64,000 nucleotides of DNA from an uncultured virus (IMG/VR IMGVR_UViG_3300021256_003716) (IMGVR_UViG_3300021256_003716); one strand, 5' to 3'; positions 55,580 to 63,058 are shown, numbered from the stretch's first letter. The notes: a model not told the origin generated them from the sequence alone. Translations and numbers: made by a program.

Positions 55580-56707
55580 ATGAAGAACGCATTCCAAGCA
55601 TTTGCAATAAATACCTCTGATAATAAAATAAATAAGTTTGTATACAAACAATGGGTAAAGTCAGGATATAAGAATGGCTTTAAGAATTATTTATTAGCGG
55701 AGGAAGAGTGCTATAAAGTTTTTGAGAATCATATTAAAGCAGCCTTTGATTTTGAACAAAGGCCATTAAATAATAATCCCGCAATATCTTATTTCCTTAC
55801 CACTAGAACCCCAGGACCTAATCAAAGAACTAAAAATAATGGTCTTGCTCACTTAAAAATAGTTTATCGTCATATAGATAAAGATGGCTTTTATAATGAA
55901 GATAATTATTATATAAGAGCGCTCTTTCCAAAAAAGGGACGTATTTCTTTTTCTAATAGCCCATATTTTAAGAATCTAACACATTTTATTGCATTTATAG
56001 ATGAAACAACTTTTGCTATAATTGATAATGCTTACTATTATAAAATAATGAAGCTTTGTGATTTAGACAGGTATAATAGAAGATCAATCTTAATATCTGA
56101 ACTAATAAAACAGAATTATGCGGCAATGTTTAATATAGATGGAACTCATGTAACTAATCTTGTTACGGGTAAAAGTACTAGCCATATAAAATATGGTAAT
56201 ATATTAAGTAAAGATTCTTATTTACAATGTGACGGTAAACAGTCTGCAAGCTATCTTGTAATGAATGAATATAGCGCGGAAGCAAAGTACTTACCAATTG
56301 ATGATATTGCAAATCTTTTTGGAAAGAATAATAAAACTTCATTTAAGCAGCATATTTATCGATATCTCACAGAGGTAAAAAAATCAGTTACAGAAAATAT
56401 ACAAATAAAACCTTTTAGTCCTAGAGGTATAAAAGATAGATGGTATATTTTGCCATTAGAGTATTTTAAGAATTTTCAAGATTTAGCTTCTTATAATAAA
56501 AATGCTAAATCAAGAACTTTAACAAATGAAGAGAGACTTCAAAAGGAGTTTGAGCATGCTAATATAATGAAGTATCGAGCATGGCTTAAGCGCCATGAGG
56601 GTCATATGAATCCAAAGTGGAATATGGACGATATAGCTTTTATTATGAATAATAAAAGTTTGGTCAGTTTAGTAACTGACGAATTATATCTTGAAAACTT
56701 TAACTAA
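55580..56707 (+). CDS. Hypothetical basic protein
   Basis: 375-aa ORF; no motif recognised. Confidence 0.65.
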   Translation: MKNAFQAFAINTSDNKINKFVYKQWVKSGYKNGFKNYLLAEEECYKVFENHIKAAFDFEQRPLNNNPAISYFLTTRTPGPNQRTKNNGLAHLKIVYRHIDKDGFYNEDNYYIRALFPKKGRISFSNSPYFKNLTHFIAFIDETTFAIIDNAYYYKIMKLCDLDRYNRRSILISELIKQNYAAMFNIDGTHVTNLVTGKSTSHIKYGNILSKDSYLQCDGKQSASYLVMNEYSAEAKYLPIDDIANLFGKNNKTSFKQHIYRYLTEVKKSVTENIQIKPFSPRGIKDRWYILPLEYFKNFQDLASYNKNAKSRTLTNEERLQKEFEHANIMKYRAWLKRHEGHMNPKWNMDDIAFIMNNKSLVSLVTDELYLENFN

Positions 56708-56744
56708 TTTGTTAATATATTTTTGTACTTAAAAATTATAAGTT

Positions 56745-56853
56745 ACATATTATATTTGTAAATTAGATTAAATAACTAATTAAAAAGTTAAATAACTAAT
56801 TTAATATAAAATTTTTAGTTTTTAGACTTTCCTACTAACTAATTACATATAAT
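56745..56853 (+). promoter_or_regulatory. Stacked promoter region of the tRNA operon
   Basis: ACATATTATA (56745), tandem TTAAATAACTAATT (56768, 56788), TAGACT-19nt-TATAAT (56823-56853) containing CTAATT. Confidence 0.6.
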
Positions 56854-56897
56854 AAATGTTCGGTATGAACATAAAAATTTTTAATAGGAGCAGTAAG

Positions 56898-57029
56898 ATG
56901 CGTACTTGGTTAAATAATTACAATACAAATTCTCGTACAAATGCAAATACAGTAGCATCGTATACATATGATTATACTGCTTCTAATGCAGCCGCTATGG
57001 CCGAAGAATACGATTACGGGGAACGTTGA
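56898..57029 (+). CDS. Attenuator leader peptide of the tRNA array (43 aa)
   Basis: AGGAG RBS at 56886; MRTWLNNYNTNSRTNANTVASYTYDYTASNAAAMAEEYDYGER; stop codon lies inside the antiterminator arm. Confidence 0.8.
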   Translation: MRTWLNNYNTNSRTNANTVASYTYDYTASNAAAMAEEYDYGER

Positions 57030-57083
57030 GCTTTAAATAAATCATAGGATTTTTTAGAGCTCAGTGAAAACTGAGCTTTTTTT
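57026..57083 (+). promoter_or_regulatory. Antiterminator/terminator switch (transcription attenuator)
   Basis: Antiterminator 57026-57064 (17 bp) and terminator AGAGCTCAGT-GAAA-ACTGAGCTTTTTTT 57056-57083 share 57056-57064. Confidence 0.82.
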
Positions 57084-57102
57084 ATTCCCTGGCAAAGTTT
57101 CC

Positions 57103-57176
57103 GGTCAGTTAGGCGAATTGGCTAAGCCACATCCCTCTCAAGGATGTAATTACGGGTCCGAATCCCGTACTGACCT
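57103..57176 (+). tRNA. tRNA-Glu(CTC)
   Basis: GGTCAGT/ACTGACC acceptor; CATCC-CTCTCAA-GGATG; T loop TCCGAAT. Confidence 0.88.
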
Positions 57177-57186
57177 TAGACAATTT

Positions 57187-57259
57187 CGTTCTATCGAATA
57201 GCGGTTAGTTCACACGGCTTTCAACCGTGTAGCGTTGGGTTCAACTCCCACTAGAACGA
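57187..57259 (+). tRNA. tRNA-Glu(TTC)
   Basis: CGTTCTA/TAGAACG; CACGG-CTTTCAA-CCGTG; TTCAACT T loop. Confidence 0.85.
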
Positions 57260-57262
57260 TAT

Positions 57263-57335
57263 GTCCCCATCGTCTAGTTGGTTAGGATAGCACCCTTTCA
57301 AGGTGCAGACTGCGGTTCAAACCCGCATGGGGATA
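57263..57335 (+). tRNA. tRNA-Glu(TTC)
   Basis: GTCCCCA/TGGGGAT; GCACC-CTTTCAA-GGTGC; TGCGG-TTCAAAC-CCGCA. Confidence 0.92.
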
Positions 57336-57345
57336 GAAATATTAT

Positions 57346-57457
57346 GTGCCGTAACCTATCGGCTAGAAAAAGACGTTTGACTGTCTGATTCTTTATGGGC
57401 AGTTTTATACCTAGTAAGTATAAGGCTGAAGAGTGGGTTCGACTCCCCCACGGTACA
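57346..57457 (+). ncRNA. Oversized tRNA-like RNA (112 nt) with G3:U70 and A73
   Basis: GTGCCGT/ACGGTAC acceptor and GGG-TTCGACT-CCC T arm, with an enlarged non-canonical interior. Confidence 0.6.
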
Positions 57458-57562
57458 CTAAAAAAGAGTATTAGGTTGGATGAAATTGGGTTGAGCTCTC
57501 CCAAACTGATTAGAGTAAACGATAAGTAGGTACCTGCTATATCACATCTAACTGGTTTTTAT

Positions 57563-57639
57563 GGGGCATTGGCACAGTGGTCGACTGCACCTGCTTTGCA
57601 AGCAGGATATCACCGTGAGTTCGAATCTCACATGTTCCA
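57563..57639 (+). tRNA. tRNA-Ala(TGC)
   Basis: GGGGCAT/ATGTTCC with G3:U70; CCTGC-TTTGCAA-GCAGG; GTGAG-TTCGAAT-CTCAC. Confidence 0.92.
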
Positions 57640-57719
57640 CTTCGCTGAAAGTCGTAAAGATGATTAGTCGGTAGTCTTTTTGAAACATTTAGGGAATCTT
57701 AATAGTAAATGTTTTATAT

Positions 57720-57792
57720 GGGCTGTGCGATGTGACGGTTTGACATTTCTCGTTTGCACCGAGACTAAGGGGTTCGACTCCCACATGGTCCA
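57720..57792 (+). tRNA. tRNA-Ala(TGC), divergent
   Basis: GGGCTGT/ATGGTCC with G3:U70; TCTCG-TTTGCAC-CGAGA; weak T stem. Confidence 0.75.
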
Positions 57793-58123
57793 CAAAATAG
57801 TTATCATAATACTATAGGTTCTGGAAGCCTTAAAATTATGAATTGGTCATGTAGGTACCTATGAGAGCTTGACAAGTTAAAACCTACAAACTCTAACAAC
57901 GGTTGTAATAAGAGAAAAGAGAGGAGAAGCTGTTACCGTTGACTGAAGGCTTCCATTTCACCAGAGCTTGATGAGTGAATTTGCCATTTACGTTTAAGTT
58001 AAGTTTTTAGTAGTAAGGCAACAGTATAGTTTCCGAGCTTTTAATGGTGAAACGCTCTCAATAGCTAGACTTACTTAATGATTTTTCTTTAAGTCGGTTG
58101 AGAGTGGCTTTTCGAATAATTTC

Positions 58124-58208
58124 GGGTAGGTGCGCCCAATGGTAAGGCAGCGGACTGTAAATCCGTCGCTCGTATCGAGCATTGGGGGTTCGAGTCCCTC
58201 CCTGCCCA
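58124..58208 (+). tRNA. tRNA-Tyr(GTA)
   Basis: GGGTAGG/CCTGCCC; GCGGA-CTGTAAA-TCCGT; long variable arm. Confidence 0.93.
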
Positions 58209-58323
58209 AAGTGAAAAATGATGCTATATACGAAGCAGGCCACTGCACCTTTAGAGTTGCCTGTAATTATAGCAAAACGAACTGACGAAGTGTGCAGCGC
58301 CTTTTTCAGATTAGGAATTTTAT

Positions 58324-58396
58324 GGAGTGTTAGCTCAGTTGGTAGAGCAGACGGCCGTTAACCGTCAGGTCGCAAGTTCGAGCCTTGCACACTCCG
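58324..58396 (+). tRNA. tRNA-Asn(GTT)
   Basis: GGAGTGT/ACACTCC; GACGG-CCGTTAA-CCGTC (C33); G73. Confidence 0.92.
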
Positions 58397-58558
58397 CTAC
58401 ATTACCTTTAAGTCTTCGGATAAAAAGGTTGCTCTTTTACGTAAGTCTAGAGTGGAAAACAACTTTTTCGTGTTGGAAGTGTTAATAAGGCTTGTAAGGA
58501 GATTGAGAGTAACTGCAGCAATGCTTGAAAATCGCCTTCTTGAAAACCGAAATTTTAT

Positions 58559-58631
58559 GGTCTTGTAAGCAGTGGTTTAGCAGGCCCGACTGTCTATCGG
58601 GAGGTCGCCGGTTCGAATCCGGCCAAGACCG
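58559..58631 (+). tRNA. tRNA-Asp(GTC)
   Basis: GGTCTTG/CAAGACC; CCCGA-CTGTCTA-TCGGG; GCCGG-TTCGAAT-CCGGC; weak D stem. Confidence 0.85.
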
Positions 58632-58665
58632 CTAAAAATTGTTGCTCTAATAAAAGTAACATTAT

Positions 58666-58750
58666 GGAATGTTGTGATAATGGTAGTCGGCTTGATTGGA
58701 AGTCAAGTGTACCAGCAATGGTATTACAAGTTCGAGTCTTGTACATTCCG
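58666..58750 (+). tRNA. tRNA-Ser(GGA)
   Basis: GGAATGT/ACATTCC; CTTGA-TTGGAAG-TCAAG; long variable arm. Confidence 0.9.
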
Positions 58751-58899
58751 CGAGCTTTATTGGACAGGTTCAGTAAGTTGAACAAGACTCCTACAAGTCA
58801 TATACTGTAGGTACGTTGTCTGGGTACTTTCCGAGAGGATGAGTCAGAAGGTTATATGCTGACAAAAGGTGAGCCCTTAAAATCACCGACCAAATATTT

Positions 58900-58970
58900 G
58901 CCTCTTTAGTTTAATGGTAGAACTGTGGATTTGTAATCCACTAATAAGTGTTCGATTCACTTAGGAGGCT
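58900..58970 (+). tRNA. tRNA-Thr(TGT)
   Basis: GCCTCTT/AGGAGGC; GTGGA-TTTGTAA-TCCAC; AAGTG-TTCGATT-CACTT. Confidence 0.9.
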
Positions 58971-58989
58971 TAAAATAAATTATTTATTT

Positions 58990-59065
58990 GCCCTTGTCGC
59001 GAAATGGTGTACGCACTGCACTGTCACTGCAGATTCGGCATGGGGTTCGATTCCCCTCAGGGGCG
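58990..59065 (+). tRNA. tRNA-Asp(GTC)
   Basis: GCCCTTG/CAGGGGC; CTGCA-CTGTCAC-TGCAG; GGGG-TTCGATT-CCCC. Confidence 0.88.
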
Positions 59066-59109
59066 CTATTTTTTGGTTATGTGGTAATCCCACATAACTA
59101 ATTAATATT

Positions 59110-60165
59110 ATGAGTGCAAATATTATAAAAGAATGGAAATGTCCCTATTGTAAGGAGATATTTTCGACACGGAGACAAAAAGAAGACCATACAAAAAATT
59201 GTAGTCAAAAGCCAAAATATAGTTGGATTTGCAATTATTGTGGAGAAGAATTTAGTAGTAGACAAAAGCTTGCTGCGCATAAAAAAGAAAATCATTACAA
59301 TGGTACGAGTAATGGCGGCTATGAAAAGAGCATTGAAGCTTTACAAAAAGGTCATATTAAATTTTTACATAAATGTCCTTTTTGTAAAAAAGAATGGGAA
59401 GTAAGTGAATGTACATTTTCTTTACATGTTAATCATTGTAAGGAAAATCCAAATGCTATTAAATATAAAGGACATACTTGGTCTGAAGAACAAAGAAAGG
59501 AAATATCAGAACGCATGAAAAAAGCTCATGCTGAGGGAAGAGCAGGGACTTTTCCTTCAAGAAAAGATAACGCAATGTCTTATCCAGAAAAATGGTTTGT
59601 AGGTGTTGCAGAAAGAGAAGGTATTACAGGCTACGTTCGAGAATTAAAATTTCATAGGTTTTTTCTTGATTTCGCTTGGCCTGAGAAAAAGTTTTGTATT
59701 GAGATTGATGGTGAACAGCATCAGAGATTTGAAGACAGAAAAAGAAATGATCTTGAAAAAGATCGTCTTCTTAAAGAAGATGGCTGGACAGAGCTGAGAG
59801 TATCTTGGTCTTGGTTATGTAAAAATACTCAAAGATTTATAGATGCTGTAAAAAATAACTTAAATTCCTTAAAAGACCTTGAAGTAAATAAACTTTCATT
59901 ATCTTATATTGGTGTTAAAGAGGAACGAAAGTTGATGCTTCAAGAAAAGCGAGCTGAAGCTGAAAAAAATGGTACACTTGCTTCAAATGGCCGTTTAAGC
60001 GCAAATAAGCTCTCTTTTGAAGAGTGGTCTAAAAGGAAAGAACTTATAGAAAAAGCAAATGTCGATTTAACCAAGTTTGGTTGTATTGCCGAATTGGTTA
60101 GAAAAACAGGTCTTACTAAAAGACAAGTTGAGAAAACATTAAAACATTTTTCTATGAGGCCTTAG
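59110..60165 (+). CDS. Putative free-standing homing endonuclease (Zn fingers + NUMOD3-like + DUF559/Vsr-like nuclease)
   Basis: Three CxxC...H zinc fingers; GHTWSEEQRKEISERMK; SYPEKWF..FLDFAW...IEIDGEQH...D.EKD..L...GW..LR. Confidence 0.8.
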   Translation: MSANIIKEWKCPYCKEIFSTRRQKEDHTKNCSQKPKYSWICNYCGEEFSSRQKLAAHKKENHYNGTSNGGYEKSIEALQKGHIKFLHKCPFCKKEWEVSECTFSLHVNHCKENPNAIKYKGHTWSEEQRKEISERMKKAHAEGRAGTFPSRKDNAMSYPEKWFVGVAEREGITGYVRELKFHRFFLDFAWPEKKFCIEIDGEQHQRFEDRKRNDLEKDRLLKEDGWTELRVSWSWLCKNTQRFIDAVKNNLNSLKDLEVNKLSLSYIGVKEERKLMLQEKRAEAEKNGTLASNGRLSANKLSFEEWSKRKELIEKANVDLTKFGCIAELVRKTGLTKRQVEKTLKHFSMRP

Positions 60166-60518
60166 CAGGTTTGACACTGAATAACTTCGCAAAGGAAAAA
60201 CAATTTTTTAGTATATTGATGCTAATATCAATATAAAGCGTGCTAATGTGAGCGTTCCTTAGTCACATAATCTTAATCCCGCTAAGTCAGATACAGCTTA
60301 GCCGCTTTAAGTGCTTTTCGATAATTTTCATGAGTCTAAAATTATTAGCTGGTGGCAACTAATGGCTTAAACCCGATCAGTAAAGTTGCAAGTTTTTGAG
60401 CGTTTTTCTATGATAAAATTGCTCCACTTGGGTAGTAATATCCTTTGTGCCCTTTATCTTTCGGATTGTGGAACAGGAAAGGTCATTGATAAGGTGGAAG
60501 GTTACGCTTATCAGTTTT

Positions 60519-60658
60519 AAGAATGCTGTAGGGTAAGAGTTACTTAGGCTGTTAACCTCGTGGTCGTTGGTTCAAATCCAACCCTGACGCGTCAGCTGCG
60601 TCGGGTAGCTCAGTCTGGTAGAGCACGTAATATGACTTTTACCCGAATTTTGCTTCTT
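60519..60658 (+). ncRNA. Y RNA (YrlA)-like tRNA mimic / circularly permuted tRNA-Asn(GTT)
   Basis: Order is anticodon arm, T arm, loop-closed acceptor stem, D arm, enclosed by GGGTAAGAGTTA/TGACTTTTACCC; flanks shared with 63138-63299. Confidence 0.75.
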
Positions 60659-60662
60659 TTAT

Positions 60663-60750
60663 GGAGTTGTTGGGCAGTTGGTAGCCTTCCTGACTTGAAA
60701 TCAGGCGATTGCCGAAAGGCGTCATGCAGGTTCGAATCCTGTCGGCTCCG
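60663..60750 (+). tRNA. tRNA-Ser(TGA)
   Basis: GGAGTTG/CGGCTCC; CCTGA-CTTGAAA-TCAGG; long variable arm with GAAA loop. Confidence 0.9.
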
Positions 60751-60753
60751 TTA

Positions 60754-60885
60754 GAAAGAGTAATTGCGTAGGGGTTTCCGAACAATTAGAAACTAGGTAG
60801 CGCATGTTTGCTGTCCTTTGAAAGTTTGCTGTAAAAATGACACGAGCGAATTACAGTATCGTAGGTCCAACTCCTACCTCTTTCG
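60754..60885 (+). ncRNA. Oversized tRNA-like RNA (132 nt)
   Basis: GAAAGAG/CTCTTTC acceptor and GTAGG-TCCAACT-CCTAC T arm enclosing about 100 nt of extra structure. Confidence 0.6.
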
Positions 60886-61086
60886 CTATTTTACCTAGTA
60901 ATAGGTTGGAGCCACGGAGGAGTCCTTGAGCTCCGTAAAGCCGGAGTATGAACTTCAGTAATAGGAATAAGTCACAGGCTAAATTGTGAAGACCCCGTAA
61001 CATTTCATACTTATAGAAAGCTAATCACATATTATTATAGAAGGTTTCCAATTTCCTTAAAAAATTGGTGGTGGAAGGAGTTCAAA

Positions 61087-61392
61087 ATGAACGTCTATAC
61101 AAAGATGGTTCAGGCTTTTCCAAGAGATTGTGGTTGGTGTGAATGGCCAGATGGTCATTTAACTGTTAGAATTTTCTATTCTGGTGATTATAGAGATAAA
61201 AAACCTGATTTTAAGCCTTGGTGTATTTTTTCTGTTTGGGGTTGTGATGACACCGGAATGGAAATCAATGAATATGTTTCTGATGATAAAGAAGCAAATG
61301 AATTGATTAATAAATGGCTAGAAATCTATCATGATATGCCAAAGCATCTTTCGATGGAATGGCTAGAAGAAAGAGGATTTAAGCCAGCATAG
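61087..61392 (+). CDS. Hypothetical protein
   Basis: AAGGAG RBS; ACATATTATTATA motif upstream. Confidence 0.7.
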   Translation: MNVYTKMVQAFPRDCGWCEWPDGHLTVRIFYSGDYRDKKPDFKPWCIFSVWGCDDTGMEINEYVSDDKEANELINKWLEIYHDMPKHLSMEWLEERGFKPA

Positions 61393-61402
61393 GGTTCTAT
61401 AA

Positions 61403-61627
61403 GTGATTATTCCAGGTGAAAATTATTATCGAATTATGGGAATGCATAGTCAAATGCAAACCCATAAAGCAAATAATGACGTAAATCCTCCTATACAAGC
61501 TGTTGAGTCAGCAGATAAAGATTCAGGAGCCCCAGATAAGCCAAAGTCTTCTGAATGTAGTATTTGTCCAGATCATGATACAGAACGCTGTAAAACATGT
61601 TTAACTGGTAAACAGATTTATGTTTAG
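61403..61627 (+). CDS. Small Cys-containing hypothetical protein
   Basis: CxxC...CxxC near the C-terminus; start uncertain. Confidence 0.45.
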   Translation: MIIPGENYYRIMGMHSQMQTHKANNDVNPPIQAVESADKDSGAPDKPKSSECSICPDHDTERCKTCLTGKQIYV

Positions 61628-61863
61628 CTAATTAAAATTGTAAGGTACAAGTTATCTTATAAGCCCGAAAAAACAAGAAGATAGCAGATAACGTGTGGCT
61701 AAGCTTGGCGTATATGGGTTAGATTAAGGGTTATAGCTGTTCCAAAGGGTTATCTTAGATATAAATTATAATGATATTTGATGTATTAGATTTATATTGA
61801 AAGAAAAGCTAAGTTTTTATAAAATCTTTCTGGTAACATAGGTTCAATTATACTAATTTATAT

Positions 61864-62529
61864 ATGAATAATATAGTTTTGTATAATTGTGAAAATTGTG
61901 GGAAAGCAGTTTTTATTGGATTTGGTACTAATAGGTTTTGTTCTAGGTCTTGTGCTAATAAAAGAATACATTCAGAAAAAACTAAGTCTAAGATTGCAGC
62001 AAGCGTAAAAGCTACTTATATAGAAAATGGACATATTAGAAAAACTTGTAATATATGTGGAAAAATATTGAATTCTACAAATAAAACCGGTTTTTGTCAT
62101 ATATGCTTGCATAGTGATCCTATTGCAAAAGGCCTTTTGACTAAAAGTTTATCTGCAACACATAAAGGTAAATGTGGTGGTTACCGTAAAGGAAGCGGAC
62201 GAGGAAAGAAAGGAACCTATAAAGGATATTATTGTGACTCAAGTTGGGAATTAGCTTATGTAATTTATAATTTAGATCATAATATAAAATTTGAAAGAAA
62301 TGAAAAACTTTTCCCTTATGAGTTTAAGGGTGAACAACATAATTATAAGCCTGATTTTATTGAGAATGGCATTTATGTTGAAATAAAAGGGTATTTTACT
62401 GAGCAAGTAAAAGCAAAAGAATTTGCTTTTCCATATCAGTTAAAATATATAGATAAAAACACTATAAAGCCATATCTTGAATATGTTGAACAAACATATG
62501 GAAAAGATTTTACAAGGCTTTATGAATAA
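61864..62529 (+). CDS. Putative free-standing homing endonuclease (Zn-binding + PD-(D/E)xK, TnsA-like)
   Basis: CENCG..RFCSRSC, HSEKTKSKI, CNICG, DSSWE, YKPDF...YVEIKG. Confidence 0.8.
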   Translation: MNNIVLYNCENCGKAVFIGFGTNRFCSRSCANKRIHSEKTKSKIAASVKATYIENGHIRKTCNICGKILNSTNKTGFCHICLHSDPIAKGLLTKSLSATHKGKCGGYRKGSGRGKKGTYKGYYCDSSWELAYVIYNLDHNIKFERNEKLFPYEFKGEQHNYKPDFIENGIYVEIKGYFTEQVKAKEFAFPYQLKYIDKNTIKPYLEYVEQTYGKDFTRLYE

Positions 62530-62532
62530 TTT

Positions 62533-62581
62533 GGAGACGTGGTTAAGCTTGGCTTAAGGTGTTCGACTCCTCTCGGTCCTA
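62533..62581 (+). pseudogene. tRNA remnant (5' strand/D loop joined to a T-loop fragment)
   Basis: GGAGACG-TG-GTTAAGCTTGGCTTAAGG followed directly by GTTCGACTC; no anticodon arm; acceptor strands do not pair. Confidence 0.45.
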
Positions 62582-62584
62582 TTT

Positions 62585-62749
62585 ATGAGTAAAGTTTATC
62601 AAGTAAAAGTAATCTATGAATTTGAAATGGAAATAGATGAAGATACTCTTAGCAAAGAACAGCTTAAAGAAGCTGCAAAAGAGCAATTTGATGAAAAACT
62701 CATGAATATTGATGTAGATTCTGAAAGCTTTGAGTACATAGTCAACTAA
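62585..62749 (+). CDS. Small acidic hypothetical protein (54 aa, below ORF-track cutoff)
   Basis: MSKVYQVKVIYEFEMEIDEDTLSKEQLKEAAKEQFDEKLMNIDVDSESFEYIVN. Confidence 0.6.
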   Translation: MSKVYQVKVIYEFEMEIDEDTLSKEQLKEAAKEQFDEKLMNIDVDSESFEYIVN

Positions 62750-62758
62750 TTTAAACCC

Positions 62759-63058
62759 TTGCTAAGGTTAAATTATATTATGACAGTACAAGAGATATTT
62801 GAAATAAAATTAAATTATTTAATTCAACTAACGCGAAATTATAAATCTTTCAGAATTCCTCTTTCATGGTGGGAGTATGCAGCTCCTACAAATAAAGATG
62901 TAAAAGTAGGCAAAAATGGTATGCATGAATATGGTACATCTTTTACATTAGTAAGGTTAGATAAAGAATTTAATGATATTTATACAAAAAAATTAAAAGA
63001 AGCTAATATAAAATTTAGTAAATTATCTAATGGTATTTTATATGAATATCTACCATAA
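62759..63058 (+). CDS. Hypothetical protein
   Basis: ORF track; real start probably ATG 62780. Confidence 0.55.
   Translation: MLRLNYIMTVQEIFEIKLNYLIQLTRNYKSFRIPLSWWEYAAPTNKDVKVGKNGMHEYGTSFTLVRLDKEFNDIYTKKLKEANIKFSKLSNGILYEYLP

Noticed and set aside
56768..56801. CRISPR array or replication iterons from TTAAATAACTAATT repeats
   Set aside because: Only two copies with a 20-nt period; better explained as tandem CTAATT promoter boxes. No CRISPR array or cas gene is seen in the window.
58240..58530. Hammerhead (CTGACGA) or twister (TTACAAGCC, minus strand) ribozyme cores
   Set aside because: I could not assemble the required flanking stems and remaining conserved nucleotides
60155..60518. tmRNA (GAGGCCTTAGCAGGTTTGAC resembles a tmRNA 5' end; length about 360 nt)
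   Set aside because: No matching 3' acceptor strand or T arm found and no tag frame ending in Ala-Ala; kept only as an unassigned structured spacer
57298..60754. ORF-track entries 57298..57504, 58058..58243, 58594..58785, 59098..59295 and 60560..60754
   Set aside because: They overlap tRNA/ncRNA genes or lie antisense to a real gene; spurious
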